64,000 bases of DNA, taken from assembly GCA_016184005.1 (NCBI GenBank), contig JACPDL010000001.1:829-64828 (forward strand), written 5' to 3'. The translations under genes were made by a program, and so were the position numbers. This DNA is from Candidatus Aenigmatarchaeota archaeon (GTDB taxonomy: Archaea; Aenigmatarchaeota; Aenigmatarchaeia; GW2011-AR5). The notes beneath the pieces are model-generated. The model was not told the DNA's origin and ran no database searches. It saw only the letters and a program-made list of their open reading frames with translations. Position 1 is the stretch's first letter, and every line of letters starts with the position of its first letter. Positions 44,355 to 52,866 of the stretch are shown here, in pieces.

Positions 44355-45391
44355 ATTATTCCAACGGTTTCAAGGATTTTTCTGGATGCTTTTTCAGTCA
44401 GCTTGTATTTGTCCAGTATCGTGTACCTGTCCCTGACACCTCTTGAAGCCATCAGGGCTTCTACAACAAGATCAGCGCTTGCGCCAAGCTGCTTTGCCGT
44501 TGTCGGCAATCCAAACACCCTTATGGATTTTTTCACGCCTTTCCAGTCGCCTTTCTGCAAGTACATAGAAATTATTGTTCCCAGCGCAGCCTGCTCGCCG
44601 TGCATGGCCGGCTGCAAACCTTTTTCATGAAACAGCTTTTCCAACGCATGAGAGAAATTGTGTTCGCTGCCGGAGCAGGGGCGCGAAGAACCGTGAAGGT
44701 TCATTGCAAAGCCTGAACAAACGAGTCCCCAAAGCAGCGCCTCAATGCCGCCATAGCTTTTTGATTTTATTTCTTTAACATGTTCTATGCAGGCTTTTGC
44801 AGAGAGCAGGGACAGCTCTGCTATCAGAGTGCTGTATTTTTCCTTCTTTGCGCGCGAGGCTATTTTCCAGTCGTTGACGGCAGATATGTTTGAAATCAAA
44901 TCGCCGCAGCCTGAAGCCAGGAAACGATAAGGCGCGCCCTTTATTGTTTCCAGGTCGGCAATGATTGCTGCCGGCCCGCTTGCCTGTATCGATATCTTCA
45001 TTTTGTCGTTTTCTATGCTTGCGCGCGATGAGACAACACCGTCATGGCTGAGGATTGTCGGAAATGCAATCCAGGGCTTTCCTGCAAGGAACGACGAGTA
45101 CTTTGCTACATCTATAGTCCTTCCCCCTCCTATTGCAATTGAAAAGTCGCAGTGAGAGACAGTTTTTGCCAGGCTTTCGATGTAGTTCTTCTCGGCAGAT
45201 TCAGGCTTTATCATCCGCACTTCGAATTCGCCGGAAATGGCTTCTGCAACCCTGTCTGCAATTATCTTCTTCACGTTGTCATCGGCAAAGATAATGCATT
45301 TCTTCCCAAGATCCAGATTCAGGAGCATGCTGCTTATCTTGTCTTCCACTGTCTTTTCAACAAGGACGCTTAACGGGAAATTAAAGATCAT
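44351..45391 (-). CDS. egsA: sn-Glycerol-1-phosphate dehydrogenase
   Basis: It is Fe-ADH/DHQS-like with IAIGGGRTIDVAKY and GSEHNFSHAL. The start is trimmed to 45391 to avoid overlapping the NUDIX gene. Confidence 0.85.
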   Translation of the reverse strand: MIFNFPLSVLVEKTVEDKISSMLLNLDLGKKCIIFADDNVKKIIADRVAEAISGEFEVRMIKPESAEKNYIESLAKTVSHCDFSIAIGGGRTIDVAKYSSFLAGKPWIAFPTILSHDGVVSSRASIENDKMKISIQASGPAAIIADLETIKGAPYRFLASGCGDLISNISAVNDWKIASRAKKEKYSTLIAELSLLSAKACIEHVKEIKSKSYGGIEALLWGLVCSGFAMNLHGSSRPCSGSEHNFSHALEKLFHEKGLQPAMHGEQAALGTIISMYLQKGDWKGVKKSIRVFGLPTTAKQLGASADLVVEALMASRGVRDRYTILDKYKLTEKASRKILETVGII

Positions 45392-45410
45392 GCAATCACA
45401 AATTATACGT

Positions 45411-45842
45411 TTACCAACCGTGTTCGCTGTAAAATACTTTATTTTTGATACAATCAATTGCCTGTTTCACATATGGGATTGTGTTTTCCGGCAAGTCGTT
45501 TATGCCGAACCATCCCAGATCATCACATCTCTGAGGCTCCATATTGCGTAATTCTCCTTTCCAATTTTTTGCCTGTATAAAGAAATCTATCCGCTCATGA
45601 TCAGTTTTTCTGTGCATGACATGAACAACCTGAAGATCCTTTTCGTTTATTTCAATCCCAGCTTCTTCTTTTGCTTCTCTTATCATTGCTTGCAGAAAAG
45701 TTTCGTTTCCATCAAGATGACCGGCAACAACACTATAATTTCCGTCTCCCCATCCTGTATTGAATCTTCTAGAAAGCAGCACTTTGTCATCTTTCATTAG
45801 AATAAGGTGTGAAACAGCAACCAATTTGAATCTTTCTTTCAT
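45411..45842 (-). CDS. NUDIX hydrolase
   Basis: Nudix box GHLDGNETFLQAMIREAKEEAGI. Confidence 0.85.
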   Translation of the reverse strand: MKERFKLVAVSHLILMKDDKVLLSRRFNTGWGDGNYSVVAGHLDGNETFLQAMIREAKEEAGIEINEKDLQVVHVMHRKTDHERIDFFIQAKNWKGELRNMEPQRCDDLGWFGINDLPENTIPYVKQAIDCIKNKVFYSEHGW

Positions 45843-45853
45843 ATTCCACCAAC

Positions 45854-46639
45854 TTAAATGAAGACGAACAGGAGATTGCCAAAGGCCACTGTTACCAGGA
45901 GCGTCAGGGGAAATGCAGGCACAAAGCGAACGCCTTCCTTGATGACAACATACTTTTTCTTTTTCCTTATCTCGTTTATCTCAGGCTTAGTAATCCCGCG
46001 CCATATCATGCCCTCGACAACATCACCTTCTTTCAGCGCGCTTGAAGATATCCTTTTCCTGAAGACACGCGATTCTATTATTTTCCCGTAACGCCAGAAA
46101 GCAACCAGCAGCAGAAAGATTATCGAAAGCCTGAGGAAGGCATCAATTCCCTGGAAGGCATAAGTGAACAAAGAGACAATCAGGAAAAAAACAGGCAGTA
46201 TAAAAAATTTAGCATTGATCCTTATGTCCTTTATGAAGTAACTAAAGACGCCGGGGCGGAGGAGTCCCAGCCCGGCGGCGTAAATGACGGTGTACAGCGC
46301 CCCGACTATCAGGAAGTTCGACAGAAAGTTTGCCATGAATATTTCGCTGCCGAACAGGGGCACCATGTAGGCTATTGATGCAAGTATCCAAGCATCTGCG
46401 CCGCCCCATTGGCCTTTCTTATAAGCCAGAATACCCAGTGCAAGCAGCAAAGTTCCGACAGACATTGACACCGCAAGCGGGTAGAAATCGCCAAACGTAA
46501 GTGCGGATACGAACCAGTAGAACAAGCCAAAAGAGACCATGAGGGCGGGTATTTCCTCGGGGACCTCCGTAGTCTTCAGGTCATAAATGCCTGCAGCGGC
46601 AGAGGCGAGAAATGCAAGAAGTAACATCAATTCTGCCAT
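45854..46639 (-). CDS. A24-family prepilin/preflagellin peptidase (PibD/FlaK/EppA-like) with an extra C-terminal domain
   Basis: It is polytopic. The first Asp is in GIYDLKTTEVP and the second is in the GxGD-like QWGGADAWIL. Confidence 0.8.
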   Translation of the reverse strand: MAELMLLLAFLASAAAGIYDLKTTEVPEEIPALMVSFGLFYWFVSALTFGDFYPLAVSMSVGTLLLALGILAYKKGQWGGADAWILASIAYMVPLFGSEIFMANFLSNFLIVGALYTVIYAAGLGLLRPGVFSYFIKDIRINAKFFILPVFFLIVSLFTYAFQGIDAFLRLSIIFLLLVAFWRYGKIIESRVFRKRISSSALKEGDVVEGMIWRGITKPEINEIRKKKKYVVIKEGVRFVPAFPLTLLVTVAFGNLLFVFI

Positions 46640-46712
46640 ACCCTAACATTATTACAACACTTTAAAAGATTTGTTAATCATATTCTGTAAATTAGAAGAT
46701 CTTGTGATGTTC

Positions 46713-47429
46713 ATGAATTCTAGAGTACCGCTACATATAGGTGTTATCCTCGACGGAAACAGGCGTTTCGCAAAACAGCTGCTGCAAAAGCCGTGGATGG
46801 GGCACAAATGGGGGCTCCAAAAGGCACGTGAAGTGCTTGAATGGGCCTGTGAAGGCGGCATAAAGTATCTTACGGCTTATGTTCTTTCTCTGGAAAACCT
46901 GAAAACAAGGCCGAAAAGAGAACTTGAATTCATTTTCAATCATCTGGAAAAGGAAGCACAGAACATCCTCAATGAAAAAGACCACGTCATCCACCGTTTC
47001 AAAGTAAATGTAAGGTTCATAGGAAGGACCCATCTATTGCCTTCAAGGTTACAGAGAAAACTGATGGACGTGGAGCGCGCAACGAAAAATTACAAGAAGC
47101 ATTTCCTGAACGTAGCTGTTGCTTACGGAGGCCAGCAGGAAATAGTGGATGCAGTCAGAAAGCTTATGCTCAAGAGCATGAAAGGACTGCTGAAACCACA
47201 TCAGCTCGACGAAGCACTGCTCAAGAAGCATCTCTATACTGACGGCCAGCCATATCCAGACATGATTGTAAGAACAGGCGGCGACATAAGATTATCTAAC
47301 TTCCTCCCGTTCCAGTCCGTCTATTCCGAGCTGCTTTTCACTGAAAAGAAATGGCCCGAGATAACGAAGGAAGATTTCAACGGCTTCATAAAGGAATTCC
47401 AGAGCCGCAAAAGAAAATTCGGGCGCTAA
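46713..47429 (+). CDS. uppS: Undecaprenyl/di-trans,poly-cis-prenyl diphosphate synthase (cis-prenyltransferase)
   Basis: HIGVILDGNRRFA and the C-terminal RLSNFLPFQS...F motifs. The start is trimmed to the ATG at 46713. Confidence 0.9.
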   Translation: MNSRVPLHIGVILDGNRRFAKQLLQKPWMGHKWGLQKAREVLEWACEGGIKYLTAYVLSLENLKTRPKRELEFIFNHLEKEAQNILNEKDHVIHRFKVNVRFIGRTHLLPSRLQRKLMDVERATKNYKKHFLNVAVAYGGQQEIVDAVRKLMLKSMKGLLKPHQLDEALLKKHLYTDGQPYPDMIVRTGGDIRLSNFLPFQSVYSELLFTEKKWPEITKEDFNGFIKEFQSRKRKFGR

Positions 47430-47445
47430 CTTCATCTTGTTTATC

Positions 47446-47937
47446 TTATATCATTTGTAAATTTCCTTGCTTAGCATGTACGATGTACGCTAATACATCA
47501 AAATCAGGATGGAAGAATTCTATCATTTCATATTCTGGCCGTTCAATAAGGCGTAAATTCTGTGTATGTTTAGTAAGATAGCCTTTCTTGAAAGTTTTGT
47601 AATTCTCAACAACAAAATCATTGCAACCTACTTGCATTCTGTATGGGTCTGGTTTCCGAATGCGTAGAAAGAGTATAGAATGACCGCTCACATTTATTGG
47701 TTTCTTTAAACGGACACGAAGTCCATTATTTTCATTATAATAATCGCCCATTTTGGTTAATATTTTAATCAATTTTTCATACTCGTCATGGTAGTGCGAA
47801 AATACAGTAAGCGAGTTTATAGGTAATGTCTGACCTATTACATTGTTACAAAGTTTAGTTGTTTGAATGGCAATGTACTTCACGACTTTGATAAGCCGAT
47901 CCTGTGTTTTGATAGGACTAAATCTATATAGTCTCAT
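47446..47937 (-). CDS. Hypothetical protein
   Basis: A 163-aa ORF with no recognisable motif. Confidence 0.5.
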   Translation of the reverse strand: MRLYRFSPIKTQDRLIKVVKYIAIQTTKLCNNVIGQTLPINSLTVFSHYHDEYEKLIKILTKMGDYYNENNGLRVRLKKPINVSGHSILFLRIRKPDPYRMQVGCNDFVVENYKTFKKGYLTKHTQNLRLIERPEYEMIEFFHPDFDVLAYIVHAKQGNLQMI

Positions 47938-47976
47938 GACAATTTCTCCTTAACTTTCCCATAAATCTTGTTTATC

Positions 47977-48636
47977 TTATTCTAGCTGCGTGCCGTTTGA
48001 CTCATAGACTTCCAGAACTTCAGAAAGGTCTGAAATAATCTTGTCGGCGTTTACATAAGGCTTGTCGGACAGGAAAAAGGTTTTCGCACCAAGCCTCCTG
48101 CCAATTTCCATGTCTGTTTCCCTGTCGCCTGTCATTACGACCGAGCTGAATCTCCCTGCAGCAAATTCCTTGACTTTTCTGGCCTTGTACGCCACCGCTT
48201 TGCCGCCCTTATGTTCGATGATATACGGTATTCCAATGTAATGATCGATCAGGCCTTGTATGCTTATCATTTCGAGAAAATCAAGCAGCCTGTGCGGAGG
48301 CGTGGAAGAAACGACAACGTTCACGTCGCCTCTTTTCCTTATTTCGCCCAAGACAGCGTGAACGTTTTCCCTGGGCTTTATGTGCAACGGCGCAACCTCT
48401 TTGCTTAGTTTTTCAAAGAAGTTTGTCATTTCAACCACCTGTGCATGGTCTATAGCTGGCTGGAAATGCCTGAAGGAGTCACCCAAAGGCTTACCGAAAA
48501 GTCCCAGCACATCTTCATTAGAAACCTTTTTGTTTATGCCAAAAGATTCCAGCACATTGTCCAAGATAATCTTGAGCGCATCTTCAGCGCCTGTGCACAA
48601 AGTGCCGTGATAGTCCCAGACGAATAAGCGCCGCAT
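47977..48636 (-). CDS. HAD-superfamily hydrolase
   Basis: Motif I variant is FVWDYHGTL, and motif IV is MTGDRETDMEIG. Confidence 0.8.
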   Translation of the reverse strand: MRRLFVWDYHGTLCTGAEDALKIILDNVLESFGINKKVSNEDVLGLFGKPLGDSFRHFQPAIDHAQVVEMTNFFEKLSKEVAPLHIKPRENVHAVLGEIRKRGDVNVVVSSTPPHRLLDFLEMISIQGLIDHYIGIPYIIEHKGGKAVAYKARKVKEFAAGRFSSVVMTGDRETDMEIGRRLGAKTFFLSDKPYVNADKIISDLSEVLEVYESNGTQLE

Positions 48637-48686
48637 GATTTCTTACAATAGCCAATTCTTTTAAGGCTTGTTTCTAGAATAGTAGC

Positions 48687-49415
48687 ATGAAGATACTCCT
48701 GCTCAGCAAAGACGCTGTGTTCCTCGCAGATACAGCGCAGAAGAAATTCCAGACGCAGTACGGCGAGATCAACCTCGAGAAAGTGAAAATAGGCAAAAAG
48801 ATCAAGTCGACAAAGGGAAAGGAGTTTGTTGTCGCTCTGCCAACCCTGATGGACTTGCTGAAAAAAGCGAAACGCGGGCCGCAGATAATCACGCCCAAGG
48901 ATGCCGGCGCAATAGCAGCAATAACAGGCGTTACTAATGGTTGGAGATGCCTTGATGCAGGCTCGGGCTCGGGATTTCTGGCGCTATTTCTGGGGAATCT
49001 CGCAAGGCCTGATGGCAACGTTTACACATATGAAAAAAAGAAAGAGAACTACGAGATTGTGAAGAAGAACATCGTGCACTGCGGGCTTGAAGAGACTGTC
49101 ACAGTAAAAAATGCCGACGCACTCAAAGGCTTCAAGGAGAAGAACCTTGACCTGATAACCCTTGACATGCAGTTTGCAGAGAAATTAACGAAAAAAGCTT
49201 ACAATGCACTGAAACCCGGTGGCTGGCTTTGCGTCTACTCGCCGCACATCGAGCAGCAGATAAAGGCCGTGAAGGCGATGGAAAAAGAAGGCTTCGTTCA
49301 CATGAAGACAGTAGAAACCATACAGCGCGAATGGAAGATTTCCCACGGCTTTTCGCATCCAAGGCACTCGCAAGTAGTGCACACGGGCTTCATCACGGCA
49401 GGAAGGAAAGTTTGA
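48687..49415 (+). CDS. trmI: tRNA (adenine-N1)-methyltransferase (TrmI/Trm61 family)
   Basis: ITPKDAGAI..., the SAM motif LDAGSGSGFLALFL, and the C-terminal HTGFI. Confidence 0.8.
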   Translation: MKILLLSKDAVFLADTAQKKFQTQYGEINLEKVKIGKKIKSTKGKEFVVALPTLMDLLKKAKRGPQIITPKDAGAIAAITGVTNGWRCLDAGSGSGFLALFLGNLARPDGNVYTYEKKKENYEIVKKNIVHCGLEETVTVKNADALKGFKEKNLDLITLDMQFAEKLTKKAYNALKPGGWLCVYSPHIEQQIKAVKAMEKEGFVHMKTVETIQREWKISHGFSHPRHSQVVHTGFITAGRKV

Positions 49416-50167
49416 TGCCAAAGGAAAAAATTATAAGCCAGTGGAAAAAAGACCAGAGTGCTCCATTTTCTGGCTGGGATTTTTCTTATCTCAAAAACAG
49501 AATGGCTGAAGAAAAACCGTCCTGGAATTACTTATCTATAGCAAAAAGGCTTCTAAGGAAATCAAAATCTGTTCTAGATATGGGGACAGGCGGCGGCGAA
49601 ATATTTTCCTCTTTGGCACCATTCCCAGAACATGCTATTGCTACAGAAGGCTACAAACCTAATTATCTGATAGCAAAAAGAAAGCTCGAACCTTTGGGTG
49701 TCAGAGTTATAAAATGTGAAAATTCAGAAAAAACAGAAATGCCCTTCAGAAACAAAGAATTTGATCTAGTGCTGAATCGGCACGATGCCTTTAACATAAA
49801 AGAAGTCTTCAGAACATTGAAAGAAAAAGGCGCCTTTCTTACACAGCAAGTAGGCGGCGGAAATTTGGAAGACTTGATTAAAGAGTTTGGGGCTGTTTCT
49901 CATTATAAAAGCTTGACATTAAACACAATAAAAAAACAAGCCAAAGATGCAGGATTTGTTATACATGAAGCGAAGCAGTGGAAAGGAAAAATAGAATTCA
50001 AGGATGTTGGAGCCCTTGTCTACTATCTTAAAGCTATTCCATGGATTGTTGAAGATTTCAACGCAGATAGAAATCTAAGCCAATTAATGAAACTTCAGAA
50101 TAAACTCGATAAAGGTAAAAAGCTAGTTTTTACTGAAGTCAGATTCTTAATTCATGCTGTTAAATAG
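49415..50167 (+). CDS. Class I SAM-dependent methyltransferase
   Basis: VLDMGTGGGE. The start at 49415 overlaps the trmI stop codon (TGATG). The track ORF extension from 49229 lies inside trmI. Confidence 0.75.
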   Translation: MPKEKIISQWKKDQSAPFSGWDFSYLKNRMAEEKPSWNYLSIAKRLLRKSKSVLDMGTGGGEIFSSLAPFPEHAIATEGYKPNYLIAKRKLEPLGVRVIKCENSEKTEMPFRNKEFDLVLNRHDAFNIKEVFRTLKEKGAFLTQQVGGGNLEDLIKEFGAVSHYKSLTLNTIKKQAKDAGFVIHEAKQWKGKIEFKDVGALVYYLKAIPWIVEDFNADRNLSQLMKLQNKLDKGKKLVFTEVRFLIHAVK

Positions 50168-50176
50168 AGGAATTAT

Positions 50177-51064
50177 ATGCATCTAACACTTGGAGTTTTC
50201 GGGGACAATGAATTGCTGAAGAAGCTCGGCAAGCAGGGAACAGTCAATGACATAATGATTTACAACCATGCAAGCTCAGAAGGCGTATTTACTTTCGTGG
50301 CGCCTAATTCAGAGCGCGTGCAGCCGCTGCTGCAGGCAATAAGCATGACAGATGTGCCTGTGATTTCAGGTGAATTGACAAAGGAAGTTGCAGAGCAGAT
50401 TGTAGCCTTGGATGCCTTCGGCTTCGGGAAAGGATTTCTGGTTGGCGAGCACTTTCAAAAATTTGTCAAAGACACTTCTCTAGAAAACTTCGGGATTGTA
50501 AGCGATGAAAAGGAACTTCGAGAAAAAATAAAATCCCTTGAAGTGCCAGAGCTGACTAAGAATGTCTGGGCGCCTGTTGACAATTATTTCAACGTGAAAA
50601 GCGTCGGCACCGTTGTGCTCACTGTGCTGAAAGGCGGAGCAATAAAAAAATATGACAAGCTTCTTGTGCAGCCAATAGGAAAGGAAGCCGTCGTGAAAGG
50701 AATACAGTCGCAGGACAACGATATTGATGAGGCGCAGCACGGCATGAGGCTTGGGCTGAATTTGAAGGGCGTGGAAGCCGACGATCTAAAACGCGGCTAT
50801 GTTATCTGCAAGGAAGCAAACGTATCAAAGACGTTGAAGATCGAATTCAAAAAAAGCAGATTCGCTAAGGAAGGCATCGAAACCGGGAGCAATGTTCTAG
50901 TTTCTGTTGGCTTGCAGGTCATTGCAGGACGAGTAGATACAAATGGAAAAGGAATTGCACTAACGCTGGAGCATCCAGCTGCCTACTTCCCAGGCCAGAA
51001 ATGCATCCTAGCAAGCACAAAGCAAACGCTGCCGAGGATAATCGGCGGCGGAGCAATAATCTAA
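50177..51064 (+). CDS. EF-Tu/SelB-like protein with a degenerate G domain
   Basis: Its N-terminus GVFGDNELLKKLGKQGT occupies the position of the P-loop GHVDHGKT. The following VGTVVLTVLKGGAIKKYDKLLV...VKGIQSQD region is EF-Tu domain-II-like. Confidence 0.55.
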   Translation: MHLTLGVFGDNELLKKLGKQGTVNDIMIYNHASSEGVFTFVAPNSERVQPLLQAISMTDVPVISGELTKEVAEQIVALDAFGFGKGFLVGEHFQKFVKDTSLENFGIVSDEKELREKIKSLEVPELTKNVWAPVDNYFNVKSVGTVVLTVLKGGAIKKYDKLLVQPIGKEAVVKGIQSQDNDIDEAQHGMRLGLNLKGVEADDLKRGYVICKEANVSKTLKIEFKKSRFAKEGIETGSNVLVSVGLQVIAGRVDTNGKGIALTLEHPAAYFPGQKCILASTKQTLPRIIGGGAII

Positions 51065-51079
51065 TAATGGTGATTTCAG

Positions 51080-51370
51080 ATGATTGTTCATATAGCAATA
51101 TTCAAGTGGAAAGATGGAACTTCAAAAGATAGAATAAAAAAAGCCCTTGATGATGTTAAAAGCTTAAAGACCAAATGCAAGGGTGTTGCTGACATCATGT
51201 GCGGTGAGAATTTTTCCAAATGGTCTGAAGGATTCACACATGCTGCAGTTGTAATTGCTAAAGATAAGGAAGCTTTGGATGGATATAGAAACCATCCCAT
51301 GCATAAACTGGTTGCTCATGAGATCGAAGAAATGGAAGAACACGGGATTGGCATCGATTTTGAAGTATAA
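51080..51370 (+). CDS. Dabb (stress-responsive alpha/beta barrel) protein
   Basis: MIVHIAIFKWKDGTS...Y..HP.H is the typical Dabb pattern. Confidence 0.8.
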   Translation: MIVHIAIFKWKDGTSKDRIKKALDDVKSLKTKCKGVADIMCGENFSKWSEGFTHAAVVIAKDKEALDGYRNHPMHKLVAHEIEEMEEHGIGIDFEV

Positions 51371-51379
51371 CTATGAAGT

Positions 51380-51547
51380 GGGTCTGTAGTCTAGCTTGGT
51401 AAGAGCCCCTCTCAAAGGGAGAGGGTAGAGGGAGATACGTAGTTTCTCCTCTCCCGAAAGGACCCAGCCTTGGGGTGGCTGAAACCTGAGTTCAAAATCA
51501 GGACGGAGGTTGCGATACCTCCTCTGATGAATATCTCAGCGGACCCA
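51380..51547 (+). tRNA. tRNA-Pro(GGG) with two introns: one in the D-arm 3' strand (about 51405..51462, 58 nt) and one in the T-loop at 59/60 (about 51497..51533, 37 nt)
   Basis: Spliced by hand, it gives a 73-nt cloverleaf: GGGTCTG TA GTCT AGCTTGGTA AGAC C CAGCC TTGGGGT GGCTG AAAC CTGAG TTCAAAT CTCAG CGGACCC A. The D and T arms are identical to those of the second tRNA-Pro. Junctions are ambiguous by 1-2 nt. CCA is not encoded. Confidence 0.75.
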
Positions 51548-51565
51548 TTTATCAGGCTTGTAGCT

Positions 51566-51587
51566 GTGCTAGGCTGATGGTTTGGTT
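51566..51587 (+). repeat. Direct repeat DR1 (GTGCTAGGCTGATGGTTTGGTT)
   Basis: It matches 52867..52888 at 21 of 22 positions. Together the two copies bracket the Fic gene. Confidence 0.8.
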
Positions 51588-51658
51588 TCCCCGAAAACAA
51601 CCCTAGAACTACGTTTTTTGCAGAAATAAAGGCACCCGAACATAAACCACAGCAATGA

Positions 51659-52606
51659 TTAAGTTCCATGCAAGGCCAAAAACTCTTTAATCTGCCTGAA
51701 GAATTCCTTTAGCGTGAACTCTGCAAGTTTTTTTGGCGCGTCTTTCTCAACCGAGTCGATCAAAGATTGGAAATATCGCTCTTTTTTTGCTGAAATGTTA
51801 AGTAACGGAAATCCTTCTTCCAGCAAAGCCTTGTTTAATATCAGTCTGCATATTCGCTTGTTTCCATCAAGAAATGGATGAATTCTGTAAAGAGTATAAT
51901 GTGCTAAAGCCGCCTTTTCAATCGGATTCAGTCTTGTCGATTTATACCACTCCACAAACTCATCAATTAATTTGTTCAGTCTGTTATAATGCGGCGGTCT
52001 GTAAGCGATTTCTTTTCCAAGAGGATTTTTTGTATCCTGCATGTGCAAATAGACTTGTTGTTTCCTTATTCTGCCAGGAGTTTTTACTTCAAAGCTCGCC
52101 ATTATTGTCTTATGCAATTCGAGCAGATATTTTTTGTCAAGAATGCGGTTTTCTTTTATTGATCCGACCGCGGTAAGCATATTTTTGCTGATTTGTTCAC
52201 GCATGTTTAATTGTTTGTTTTTTTCAAAAGCGTTCTGGACGTCTCTAAGACCGACACTAACGTCTTCTGTCGTAAGCGTGGTCAGCGTAAAAAGAATTGT
52301 ACTGTCAACTTCATACTTTCGCTTCTGGGCTCTCGAAAGCAAAGAAAACACATTGTTAAAAGCCTCACGAAAAAGCAGTGCTTTTATCAGATCGTCTTGT
52401 GAAATTAATTTAGTGTCATAATGTTTTCTCGCTAATTTTGCTATTATTTCTGACTTGAACGAGTATTCGATCTTTTCTATATCAGCTCTCAATGGGTTTT
52501 TTGTACCGACATATTTACTGAATGTCTTTGACTTGGTCGAGACAAAATAGCTTACATCAAGGTAATAATATTTTTTCCCATTAATGATTTTTGTTCTCAA
52601 TCCCAT
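51659..52606 (-). CDS. Fic-family protein (AMPylase-type)
   Basis: Fic motif HPFLDGNKRICRLILN. Confidence 0.85.
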   Translation of the reverse strand: MGLRTKIINGKKYYYLDVSYFVSTKSKTFSKYVGTKNPLRADIEKIEYSFKSEIIAKLARKHYDTKLISQDDLIKALLFREAFNNVFSLLSRAQKRKYEVDSTILFTLTTLTTEDVSVGLRDVQNAFEKNKQLNMREQISKNMLTAVGSIKENRILDKKYLLELHKTIMASFEVKTPGRIRKQQVYLHMQDTKNPLGKEIAYRPPHYNRLNKLIDEFVEWYKSTRLNPIEKAALAHYTLYRIHPFLDGNKRICRLILNKALLEEGFPLLNISAKKERYFQSLIDSVEKDAPKKLAEFTLKEFFRQIKEFLALHGT

Positions 52607-52613
52607 ACTATAT

Positions 52614-52649
52614 TTAGGCTGATAGAAATATTTAAAACTATCAGCCTAA
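52614..52649. promoter_or_regulatory. Palindromic operator-like site overlapping a TATA-like core upstream of the Fic gene
   Basis: TTAGGCTGATAgaaatatttaaaacTATCAGCCTAA has 11-nt arms. A second, weaker palindrome GCTGATA..TATCAGC lies at 52666..52694. Confidence 0.45.
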
Positions 52650-52703
52650 TCTGTTCTGTTGGTTAGGCTGATAAAAGCTGCTAAAATTATCAGCATAAAT
52701 CTT

Positions 52704-52808
52704 GGGAGAAGCGAAGCTTCTCCGAGATCTTCGGAGAAACCCTGTCTCTCCGAGATTCCGAAATCCTTTGGATTTCGAGAATTCCAAAAAGCTACGCTTT
52801 TTGAGAAT
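52704..52808 (+). repeat. Family-6 array of four tandem hairpin modules
   Basis: GGAGAAGCgaaGCTTCTCC, TCGGAGAaaccctgtcTCTCCGA, CCGAAATCCtttGGATTTCG-AGAA and TTCCAAAAAGCtacGCTTTTTG-AGAAT. About 80 nt are shared with 58788..58867. Confidence 0.85.
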
Positions 52809-52866
52809 GTACTAATGTACCCACTGAATTACAACAATCAATGCATTCGGAAACGGGCCGGTGGAT

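Noticed and set aside
51405-51432. An alternative anticodon arm for the first tRNA using CCCTC-TCAAAGG-GAGGG (a contiguous fold).
   Set aside because: The loop would have C at position 33 and no sensible continuation to a T arm. The two-intron model gives a complete cloverleaf identical in its D and T arms to the neighbouring tRNA-Pro.
51412-51669. An 85-aa minus-strand ORF overlapping tRNA-Pro(GGG).
   Set aside because: It overlaps the tRNA gene and its introns, and has no motif or start context.
52704-52808. Could the hairpin arrays at 7518..7653, 16566..16864, 30749..30960, 52704..52808 and 58788..58867 be CRISPR arrays?
   Set aside because: There is no constant repeat alternating with unique spacers of regular length. 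The units are different palindromes, 20-35 nt long, arranged back to back or nested. No cas genes are in the window.
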